Source of the DNA: an uncultured delta proteobacterium
GTDB taxonomy: Bacteria > Desulfobacterota > Binatia > Binatales > Binataceae
Reading direction: 5' to 3'
Assembly (NCBI GenBank): GCA_963724765.1
Contig: CAVRVY010000003.1
Span: 416,001 to 480,000, forward strand
Length of the DNA stretch: 64,000 nt
A program made the position numbers and the translations under genes. Each line of letters starts with the position of its first letter. The first letter of the stretch is position 1. Shown here in pieces: positions 50,598 to 59,877 of this stretch. The notes beneath the pieces were generated by a model, which saw only the letters and a list, made by a program, of their open reading frames with translations, ran no database searches and was not told where the DNA came from.

Positions 50598-51302
50598 ATG
50601 CCCGTTACGAGCATCGCTGACTTCGCCTCCCTGCCCGAGCGTGTGCGAGCGTTCATCGCGCTTAGGCTCGACGCCGCGGTCGACGACGCGATTGCCGCGC
50701 TGATCGAGCGTTTGCGCGCGCCCCAAAACGATACCCCACGAGACGATCTCCGACACGAAGGCATCCGATGGATCCGGCGCGCGAACTTCCATCTGACGCT
50801 GTTGTTCCTCGGCCCCTCGGTGCCGCGCGAGCGTCTCGCGCCGATCGCTGACGCGCTCGCCACGATCGCAGAGACGACCGCCCCTTTTGAAATCGCGGCG
50901 CGCGGCGTGGGTGTCTTTCCGACCCCGGCGCGCCCGCGCGTCATCTCGGTTGGCCTCGATTCGGTTGGATTCGAGGGCGGCGGCTTGGCCGACTTGGCGG
51001 CGCGCGTGACGGAGGCGGCCGCGCGATGCGGCTTCGCGCCGGAACGGCGCGCCTATTCGCCTCATCTGACGATCGGCCGCGTGCGCTCGCTCCCCGCTCC
51101 GGTGTGGCTTCGGCAGAGGCTCGGCGAGGCGGCGGATTCGCGCTTCGGAGTCTCGCGGATCGAACGCGTGATACTTTATCGAAGCGAACTTGGGCGAAGC
51201 GAACTTGGGCGGAGCGAGCTTGGGCGGAGCGAGCTTGGGCCTCAATCGTCGACGTACCACGAGCTGGCCGCCTTCCCGCTCGGCGCCCGCGAGGGCGGGT
51301 GA
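50598..51302 (+). CDS. thpR: RNA 2',3'-cyclic phosphodiesterase (2H family)
   Basis: RAFIAL, HLTL and HLTI motifs, directly upstream of recA. Confidence 0.88.
   Translation: MPVTSIADFASLPERVRAFIALRLDAAVDDAIAALIERLRAPQNDTPRDDLRHEGIRWIRRANFHLTLLFLGPSVPRERLAPIADALATIAETTAPFEIAARGVGVFPTPARPRVISVGLDSVGFEGGGLADLAARVTEAAARCGFAPERRAYSPHLTIGRVRSLPAPVWLRQRLGEAADSRFGVSRIERVILYRSELGRSELGRSELGRSELGPQSSTYHELAAFPLGAREGG
51180..51239 (+). repeat. In-frame 15-bp x4 repeat encoding (RSELG)4 in thpR
   Basis: CGAAGCGAACTTGGG x2 then CGGAGCGAGCTTGGG x2. Confidence 0.95.
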
Positions 51303-51442
51303 ATCGAGCGCCTCGGGGGTACGGGGTTAGATTTAGCGGACGGTATGTTGACGCGTGTGCGGCGCGGCTAGCGCTATCCGCCGCTTTTTGTGGCAAGATT
51401 CGCTTTTACATAGGAGTCGAAAACCCGCCGGGCGGGAAAATC

Positions 51443-52537
<1,095 letters not shown>

Positions 52538-52671
52538 ATTCCCTCCCCACCTTTCCAATGCTCCACCCCCCGGAGGGGCAGAGGGTCAGGGTGAGGGGGT
52601 TAAAGATTCAGCGCGAGAAGCGCACAGAAAAGGCATCCGGCGCTTCCTCGTTCGACCCCCAGCCCATCCTA

Positions 52672-52727
52672 CCCCAAGACACTTACCCCAAGACACTTGC
52701 CCCAAGACACTTGCCCCAAGACACTTG
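52672..52727 (+). repeat. 14-bp x4 tandem repeat
   Basis: CCCCAAGACACTT(A/G) four times between recA and the helicase gene. Confidence 0.95.
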
Positions 52728-52912
52728 GAGGAGGTGTTAAACAGGACCAGAAGCGGAGGTGCCGTTGATTTCATAGCCGCGGCTCTGTACGCTACTAGCG
52801 AATGCCCGCAGAGGCCGACCAGGGCGCCGCCTCCGATCGCGCCCACTTTCTCAACCCCCAATATTTGGAAAGGCCGTTTTGCCATCAACAGGCGACGGTC
52901 GAAGTGTAAGCT

Positions 52913-54115
52913 TTGTCCTTTACCGATTTCTCTCTTTTCCCTGAACTCCAACGTTCAATCCGCGACTGTGGCTATCACGATCCGACGCCCGTCCAGAGCG
53001 AAACCATCCCCGTGGCGCTCGAAGGCCGCGACCTGGTGGTCAGCGCCGAGACCGGCAGCGGCAAAACCGCCGCGTTCCTGATTCCGCTCATCGACCGGCT
53101 CCATCGTAAGCGCGCCAAAGGGCCGAGCGCCCTGGTGATCGCGCCGACGCGCGAGCTGGCGGCCCAGTGCGGCCAGGAATTCACCCGTCTCGCGCGCCAT
53201 TGCGGCCTCCGTGCGGCGGTTATCGTCGGGGGCGAGTCGATGCGCCGTCAGATCGACGACCTGCACGCCGGTGCCCAGGTGCTCATCGCATGCCCCGGCC
53301 GGCTCATCGACCTGATGGAACAGGGCAAGGTGAGCCTGCAGCATATCCAGGTCGTGGTCATTGACGAGGCCGACCGCCTGCTCGACATGGGTTTCCTGCC
53401 GCAACTGCGGCGGGTGATGCGCACGCTGCCCAAGGAACGGCAGACGATGATGTTCTCGGCCACGATGGGCTCCGGGCCGGAAGCGATCGCGCGCGATTTC
53501 CTGCATCGCCCCGAGCGCATCATGATCGGCCGTAAGGCCGCTCCGCCGCCGTCGATCAGCCAGACCATCTACCCCGTGCAATGGGGCGACAAGGAAGCGA
53601 TGCTGCTCGAGATCCTCGGCAAGCCCGAGGTGCAGAGCGCGATCGTCTTTACCCGCACCCGCGTGCGCGCCGAGCATATCGGCAGGATGCTCAAGCGCCA
53701 CGGCCTGCGCACCGCCGTGATTCACGGCGACCGCTCGCAGGCCGAGCGCAACACGGCGCTGAGGACGTTCAAGGCGGGAACTTGCCGCGTGATGGTCGCG
53801 ACCGACGTGGCCGCGCGCGGGCTGGACATCCCCGGCGTCTCGCACGTGGTCAATTATGATCTGCCGGAGGACGCCGAGAGCTACATCCATCGTATCGGGC
53901 GCACGGCGCGGATGGGCCGCGAGGGCGAGGCGATAAGCCTGGTGACGCCGCAGGAGCGCGTGTCGCTGGGCCAGATCGAACGGGCGCTTGGCGAAGAGAT
54001 CAAGCGCGAGCAAGTCGCGGGCTTCGAGGCGCCCGAAGTGAAAGCGCCCAAGCCGGTGACGCTGTTCAGGTCGGGCGCGGGACGCGCGCGCGGCCGCTCA
54101 CGCTCGCGCTGGTAG
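52913..54115 (+). CDS. DEAD-box RNA helicase (RhlE-like)
   Basis: Q motif, ETGSGKT, PTRELA, DEAD, SAT, ARGLD and HRIGRTAR. TTG start. Confidence 0.95.
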   Translation: MSFTDFSLFPELQRSIRDCGYHDPTPVQSETIPVALEGRDLVVSAETGSGKTAAFLIPLIDRLHRKRAKGPSALVIAPTRELAAQCGQEFTRLARHCGLRAAVIVGGESMRRQIDDLHAGAQVLIACPGRLIDLMEQGKVSLQHIQVVVIDEADRLLDMGFLPQLRRVMRTLPKERQTMMFSATMGSGPEAIARDFLHRPERIMIGRKAAPPPSISQTIYPVQWGDKEAMLLEILGKPEVQSAIVFTRTRVRAEHIGRMLKRHGLRTAVIHGDRSQAERNTALRTFKAGTCRVMVATDVAARGLDIPGVSHVVNYDLPEDAESYIHRIGRTARMGREGEAISLVTPQERVSLGQIERALGEEIKREQVAGFEAPEVKAPKPVTLFRSGAGRARGRSRSRW

Positions 54116-54274
54116 CCGACGCGCGCGATTCAGAATCTTCCGCTTCAGAATTTCCAATGACCCCTCACCCCACCCTCTCCCGCGAATAATCGCGGGCGAG
54201 GGCATAAAAAGAATCAAATCAAAATTGCAAAAATCGATAGACGGGCGCTGGGCGTCGGCATCCGCATTGGCGCG

Positions 54275-55429
54275 CTAACCCCACAGCTCGCGGGTCGCGA
54301 GCCGCGCGCCGTCGGCCATCGCGCGGAACTTGGCCCACGCGATCGACGGCACCACCCGCGAGAATCCCGCAAAGGTCGCGAAGCCGCAGTCGGTGCCCGC
54401 GATCACGTTGTCGCGCCCGACCACGTTGGCCAGATTGCAGATGCGCATCGCGACCACCTCGGGATGCTCGATAAAGTTGCTGGTCGAATCGATCACGCCC
54501 GGGATCAGAATCTTGCCGGCGGGCAACTTTGCCTCGCGAAACACCTTGAACTCGTGCTCGTGGCGCGGATTGGACGCCTCGTACGAAATCGCCATCGGAC
54601 GCGCCTTGAGCACGATGTCGATGATGTCGCCGAGCGCGATGTCGTGATGGTGCGGCCCCTCGTAGTTGCCCCAGCATAGATGCAGGCGGATGCGCTCGGG
54701 CGCAACGTCACGCAGCGCGTGGTTGAGCGCCTCGACGTGCAACTCGGCGACCTTGCGAAACTCGGCCGTGCTGGAATGCGCGAACTGGATATGCCGGCTC
54801 ATCGCGAGATCGGGGCAATCGACCTGCAGCAGGAAGCCGGCGCGATGGATGGCGTCGTACTCGACCTTCATCGCGTCGGCGAGCGCGGCAATATAGGCCT
54901 CGTGCGTGGGATAGTACGTATTGCCGAGGAACTGCGCGATCACGCCCGGCGACGCGGCGCTTAAAAATCCCTCGGCCACGCTGGCGCCGGCGAGCGCGGC
55001 CTTGAAATTGTCGAGGTCGCGCTCGAGCTCGTCGCGGTTGCGGTAGGCGATCGGTGCATTGCACGATGGCCGTTTCATCGGCGGCGCCTTGCGCCCCAAA
55101 AACGCGCGCTGGGTGAATTCGGGAAAATCGGCCATGTCGGCGGCACTGAGCGAGGCGCGCTTGGTGGTCTCGTCGCCGAAGCCGCTCAGGCGGTCCTTGA
55201 CGTAGGTCGAGTAGCCGATTTTGCCCATCTCGCCGTCGTTGACGATATCGACCCCGACCTCGACCTGCTTGCGTACGATTTCGGCCACCGCCGAGCGCAC
55301 GCGCGCCTCCAAAGCGCCGCGGTCGGCGAGTTCGCCGGACTCCCTGGCGAAGAGCATCGCGGCGAGGTCGTCGGGCCGTGGCAGGCTGCCGGTATGGGTG
55401 GTCAGAATCCGTTCGGTGCTGCGCTTCAT
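54275..55429 (-). CDS. Cobalamin-independent methionine synthase II family protein (single barrel)
   Basis: TTHTGSLPRP, DGE, LQVDCP, HLCWGN (Zn) and TDCGF. Confidence 0.88.
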   Translation of the reverse strand: MKRSTERILTTHTGSLPRPDDLAAMLFARESGELADRGALEARVRSAVAEIVRKQVEVGVDIVNDGEMGKIGYSTYVKDRLSGFGDETTKRASLSAADMADFPEFTQRAFLGRKAPPMKRPSCNAPIAYRNRDELERDLDNFKAALAGASVAEGFLSAASPGVIAQFLGNTYYPTHEAYIAALADAMKVEYDAIHRAGFLLQVDCPDLAMSRHIQFAHSSTAEFRKVAELHVEALNHALRDVAPERIRLHLCWGNYEGPHHHDIALGDIIDIVLKARPMAISYEASNPRHEHEFKVFREAKLPAGKILIPGVIDSTSNFIEHPEVVAMRICNLANVVGRDNVIAGTDCGFATFAGFSRVVPSIAWAKFRAMADGARLATRELWG

Positions 55430-55453
55430 CGTTCGCTATGCCCCAATCGTCTC

Positions 55454-55525
55454 TCTTTATGATCGCTATTCAGGAATTCTTTATGATCGCTATTCAGGAA
55501 TTCTTTGTGATCGCTATTCAGGAAT
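55454..55525. repeat. 24-bp x3 tandem repeat in a divergent promoter region
   Basis: TCTTTATGATCGCTATTCAGGAAT x2 and TCTTTGTGATCGCTATTCAGGAAT. Confidence 0.95.
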
Positions 55526-55690
55526 GGAGCACTAGCAAAGTCGCGCCCGGCGCAACAGGGAGACGCGGGCTCTCGCCCGGCCGTGCGACAACCCCTCCGG
55601 CGTTTCGTGGTTCGCTTTATTCTCCGGTGGCGCTGGGTTATGACTTGCATCTGGGGATCATCGAGAAAGACCCCCCCTCATGAGGACCTA

Positions 55691-56890
55691 ATGGATTTCA
55701 CGCTGTCGCCCAAGGTCGTGCAGTTGCAAAAGCGCGTCTCCGACTTCATGAACCAGCACGTCTATCCGATCGAGAAGCGCGTCGAGGACGAGATGAGCGT
55801 CCCCGGCAAGGAGCACACCGAACCCGAAATTCTCAAGGAGGTCCGCAACAAGGCCAAGGCCGAGGGACTGTGGAACCTCTTCATGCCCGACGAGCACTAC
55901 GGCAAAGGGCTGAAGGTGGCCGAGTACGCGCCGCTCAGCGAACTGATGGGCCGCAGCTTTATCGGCTCACGCGCGTTCAACTGCATGGCGCCCGACACCG
56001 GTAACATGGAAATCCTCGCCGACTTCGGCAACGCGGAGCAAAAGAAGCGCTGGCTCGAGCCCTGCCTGGAGGGCACGATGCGCACCTGCTACTCGATGAC
56101 CGAGCCGGAGACCGCGGGCTCCGACCCGACCCAGCTTGCGACGCGCGCGGTGCGCGACGGCGACTACTACGTCATCAACGGCCACAAGTGGTTCACCTCG
56201 GGCGCGGTCGGCGCGTCGTTCGCGATCGCGATGGTGGTGACCGACCCCAAGACCGAGCCGCATCGCCGCGCCAGCCAGATAATCGTCCCCACCGACACAC
56301 CGGGATTCCAACTGGTGCGAGCGGTGTCGGTGATGGGCCATGCGGGCGGCGGCGGCCATTGCGAGATCGTCTACAAGGATTGCCGCGTGCCGGTGACCAA
56401 CCTGCTCGGCGAGGAGGGCAGCGGCTTCGCGATCGCGCAGGCGCGCCTGGGTCCCGGCCGCATCCATCACTGCATGCGCATGGTCGGCGTGGCCGAGCGG
56501 GCGCTTGAGCTGATGTGCAAGCGGGCGGCGACGCGCTTTACCCACGGCAGCCTGCTCGGGGACAAGGCCAATATCCAGCAATGGATAGCGGATTCGCGGA
56601 TCGAGATCGACGCCACGCGCCTGATGGTGATGCATGCGGCGTGGAAGATCGACACCGCCGGCAAACGCGAGGCGCGCCAGGAGATCGCGGAAATCAAGGT
56701 GCAGGCCGCCAACATGGTGATGAATGTGCTTGACCGCGCGATCCAGCTTCACGGCGCACTGGGGATGACCGACGACACGCCAATCGCCCGATTCTGGCGT
56801 GAGCAGCGCGCGATGCGGATCGTCGATGGCCCCGACGAAGTCCATCGGATGCAAATTTCGCGGCGCGAAGTGCGCCGCTGGCAGCAATAA
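55691..56890 (+). CDS. Acyl-CoA dehydrogenase (ACAD10/11, LvaC-like)
   Basis: GLWNLF, FNCMAPDTGNME, MTEP, INGHKWF, RLGPGRIHHCMR and DGPDEVH. Confidence 0.92.
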   Translation: MDFTLSPKVVQLQKRVSDFMNQHVYPIEKRVEDEMSVPGKEHTEPEILKEVRNKAKAEGLWNLFMPDEHYGKGLKVAEYAPLSELMGRSFIGSRAFNCMAPDTGNMEILADFGNAEQKKRWLEPCLEGTMRTCYSMTEPETAGSDPTQLATRAVRDGDYYVINGHKWFTSGAVGASFAIAMVVTDPKTEPHRRASQIIVPTDTPGFQLVRAVSVMGHAGGGGHCEIVYKDCRVPVTNLLGEEGSGFAIAQARLGPGRIHHCMRMVGVAERALELMCKRAATRFTHGSLLGDKANIQQWIADSRIEIDATRLMVMHAAWKIDTAGKREARQEIAEIKVQAANMVMNVLDRAIQLHGALGMTDDTPIARFWREQRAMRIVDGPDEVHRMQISRREVRRWQQ

Positions 56891-56932
56891 CTACGGCAGC
56901 GCAGACTGGCGCGAAGACGACCAGGAACGGAT

Positions 56933-58078
56933 ATGGCGGAGCAACAGGCGCAAACCTCGGCGCAAAACTCGGGACAGACCTCTGCAACGGACGACCTCGG
57001 CGCCGAGTATGGCGAGGTGCGCGAGGAGGAGCGGCTCGACTGGCCCAGGCTTCAGGCCTACCTGCGCGAGCACGAGGTGCCCGGCGCCGGCTCCGCGATG
57101 GAGGTCAAGCAGTTTCGCGGCGGCAGTTCCAATCTGACCTATCTGCTGCGCTTCGCCGACGGCCATCAGTGGGTCGTGCGGCGGCCGCCGTTCGGACCCC
57201 TGCCGCCGTCGGCCCATGACATGTCGCGCGAGTACCGGGTGCTGTCGCGGCTATGGCAGGGATTTTCCGCGGCGCCGCGCGCGATCGTGCTGTGCGAGGA
57301 TGTTTCGATCATCGGCGCAACGTTCTTCGTGATGGAGCGGCGGGAGGGCGCGGTGATCAAGAATCGCCATCCGTTGCCGCCCGAGATCGACGCCAAGCCC
57401 GAGACCTTCCGCCGTATCTCCGAGAGCCTGATCGATACGCTCGCCGACCTCCACGCGGCCGACTACGAAAAGATCGGCCTCGGCGGCCTTGGCCGCCCCG
57501 AGGGCTTTTTGCAGCGCCAGATCACCGGATGGATGGGTCGGTGGGAGAAGGCCAGGACGCGCGAAGTGCCGCTGATGGAAAAGCTCGGCACGTGGTTTTT
57601 GGAGCACATGCCGGCGGCGCAGAAGCCCACCCTGCTGCACAACGATTTTTACCTGCACAACGTGATGCTGGCGGCGGGCGACTCGGGCAAGGTGGTCGGC
57701 GTGTTCGACTGGGAGATGTCGACGCTCGGCGATCCAATGATCGATCTGGGGCTGACGACCGGCTACTGGCGCCAGCCCGATGACCCGCCCGAACTAATCG
57801 CGCTCTCGCAGGGCTATGCGCATACCACGGCGCCCGGCTTCCTCAGCCGCGACGAGTTGATCGAGCGTTACGCCAGGCGCAGCGGACGCGACGTGAGCAT
57901 GGTCGACTACTACCGGGCGTGGGCCAACTGGAAAACCGCCACGGTGGTCGAGCAGATTTACGTCCGTTATGTGCGCGGCCAGACCAATGACCCGCGCTTT
58001 GCCAACATGGGCGAGTGGGCGCCGGTGCTGGCGCGGCAGGCCGCGCGAGTCGTTGCCAAATTCGGCTTTAGGGAGTAA
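56933..58078 (+). CDS. Phosphotransferase (ACAD10/11 kinase domain, LvaA-like)
   Basis: QF.GG.SNLTY, RRPP.G.L.PSAHDM.REY, HNDF..HN and DWEMSTLGDP. Confidence 0.9.
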   Translation: MAEQQAQTSAQNSGQTSATDDLGAEYGEVREEERLDWPRLQAYLREHEVPGAGSAMEVKQFRGGSSNLTYLLRFADGHQWVVRRPPFGPLPPSAHDMSREYRVLSRLWQGFSAAPRAIVLCEDVSIIGATFFVMERREGAVIKNRHPLPPEIDAKPETFRRISESLIDTLADLHAADYEKIGLGGLGRPEGFLQRQITGWMGRWEKARTREVPLMEKLGTWFLEHMPAAQKPTLLHNDFYLHNVMLAAGDSGKVVGVFDWEMSTLGDPMIDLGLTTGYWRQPDDPPELIALSQGYAHTTAPGFLSRDELIERYARRSGRDVSMVDYYRAWANWKTATVVEQIYVRYVRGQTNDPRFANMGEWAPVLARQAARVVAKFGFRE

Positions 58079-58360
58079 ACCGCAATTGGCACGCGGCGAT
58101 CCGCGTGCGCAACCTTGGCAGGGGCTGCTAAAAGCTCTCGCAGAGCCAACGCTCTACATATGAAGACCGGCGGCGGCCGCGCGGGATGCCTGGTCTGCGT
58201 CGCGGGGGTGTTAATTTGGCCGGTCTTTGGATTAGACTATCTGGACTAAGCTGTCTGGGTTAAGTCACGAGAGTCTAAGTTACGGGCGGGAATTTGAGTT
58301 ACGGGTCAGATTACGAAGTCTAGTGGATGGGCGGGAGCCCCTCCGGGAGGATTTGCGGAC

Positions 58361-59230
58361 TTGCACGCGATCAACTACGAAGCTCCAAAAACATTGAAGG
58401 ACGCGGTCGCACTGCTCGCCCAACACGGCGAGAAAGGGCGCCCGCTGTGCGGCGGCACCGATCTCATCATCCAGTTGCGCGCCGGAGTGCGCCGCCCCGA
58501 CCATATCGTCGACATAAAAAAGATTCCCGAGCTGGGGCATCTCAGCTACAACGCCAAGCAGGGGTTGCGGCTGGGCGCGGCGGTGCCGGCGATCGAGGTC
58601 TGCGAAAACAAGGACCTCCAGCGGCACTATCCCGGCCTGGTCGAGGCCGCGCATCTCATCGGATCGAACCAGATCCAGACTCGCGCCTCGGTCGGCGGCA
58701 ACCTGTGCAACGGCTCGCCGGCGGCCGACACCACTCCGGCGCTGATTGCGCTGGGCGCGCGGGCGCGCGTGGTCGGGCCCAAGGGCGAACGCGAGATCAA
58801 GGTCGAGGAGTTCTGCACCGCGCCCGGACGTACCGTGCTCACGCCGGGGGAGCTGCTGGTCGAGATCCTGATCGACGCACCCAAGCCGCATAGCGCGGAC
58901 GCCTACCTGCGTTTCATCCCGCGCAACGAGATGGACATCGCGGTGGTCGGCGTGGGCTCCTGGCTGCATCTGGACGGCGACAAGGTGAGCGCGGCACGGA
59001 TAAGCCTCGGCGCGGTAGCGGCGACGCCGTTGTTCGCGGCCAAGGCGTCCGAGTCGCTGGTGGGCAAGAAGCTCGACGACGCGGCAATCGATCGCGCGGC
59101 CAAGCTCGCAATCGAGCTGAGCTCGCCGATCGACGACATGCGCGGCACGGCCGAGTTCCGCCGCCACCTGGTCGGCGTGCTGACCAGGCGCACGCTGCAC
59201 ATCGCGGCCGAGCGCGCTCGCAAGGCGTAA
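58361..59230 (+). CDS. Molybdenum hydroxylase FAD subunit (CoxM/XdhB-like)
   Basis: GGTDL, IG..QIQ.RASVGGN..NGSPAAD and PIDD.RG..E.R. TTG start after GGAGG. Confidence 0.92.
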   Translation: MHAINYEAPKTLKDAVALLAQHGEKGRPLCGGTDLIIQLRAGVRRPDHIVDIKKIPELGHLSYNAKQGLRLGAAVPAIEVCENKDLQRHYPGLVEAAHLIGSNQIQTRASVGGNLCNGSPAADTTPALIALGARARVVGPKGEREIKVEEFCTAPGRTVLTPGELLVEILIDAPKPHSADAYLRFIPRNEMDIAVVGVGSWLHLDGDKVSAARISLGAVAATPLFAAKASESLVGKKLDDAAIDRAAKLAIELSSPIDDMRGTAEFRRHLVGVLTRRTLHIAAERARKA

Positions 59231-59320
59231 GGGCCCGCGCGGCGGGCAACGAATCATCGGCGGCGGCATCGAAGTAACCGATACTCAAACCTGAACGGAC
59301 AACCGGCAAAGATATAGACG

Positions 59321-59806
59321 ATGGATCATAAAACAGTAGTAGAAGCGACGATTAACGGTGAACAGATGGAATTCCTGTGTGAGCCGCGCCAGAGCCTGCT
59401 CGAGGTCCTGCGCGACGTGCTGGGGATGACCGGTAGCAAGGAAGGATGCCTGACCGGCGACTGCGGCGCTTGCAGCGTGATCATCGACGGCCGCGCCGTC
59501 TGCTCGTGCCTGATGCTGGGCGTCGAGGCCGAAGGCCACAAGATCGAGACCGTCGAAGGGCTCGCCAGCAGCTCCAAACTGCATCCGTTGCAGCAGAAGT
59601 TCCTCGAGAACGCGAGCCTCCAGTGCGGGATCTGCACGCCGGGCTTTCTGATGTCCGCCAAGGCGCTGCTCGATCACAACCCGCATCCGACCGAGGCCGA
59701 GATTCGCTACGCCTTAGCGGGCAATCTTTGCCGATGCACCGGCTACGACAAGATTGTCCACGCAGTGCTCGAAGCCTCCAAGGCGGGCGCTTCCAAGGCG
59801 GCCTGA
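59321..59806 (+). CDS. Molybdenum hydroxylase [2Fe-2S] subunit (CoxS-like)
   Basis: GC..GDCGAC, SC, QCGICTPG and GNLCRCTGY. Confidence 0.95.
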   Translation: MDHKTVVEATINGEQMEFLCEPRQSLLEVLRDVLGMTGSKEGCLTGDCGACSVIIDGRAVCSCLMLGVEAEGHKIETVEGLASSSKLHPLQQKFLENASLQCGICTPGFLMSAKALLDHNPHPTEAEIRYALAGNLCRCTGYDKIVHAVLEASKAGASKAA

Positions 59807-59877
59807 GGCTCGCGGCGGCACGATTGCAAACGGCGGCCGGCACAGAAACAGTTCTGGATAAAGGGAGATAGCTGAAC

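Noticed and set aside
55454-55525. Possible CRISPR array (also 22095-22185 and 52672-52727)
   Set aside because: Units are directly adjacent with no unique spacers, and no cas genes are present
58086-58130. Sigma-54 promoter (TGGCAC and TGGCAG motifs)
   Set aside because: The GG to GC spacing does not fit the -24/-12 consensus
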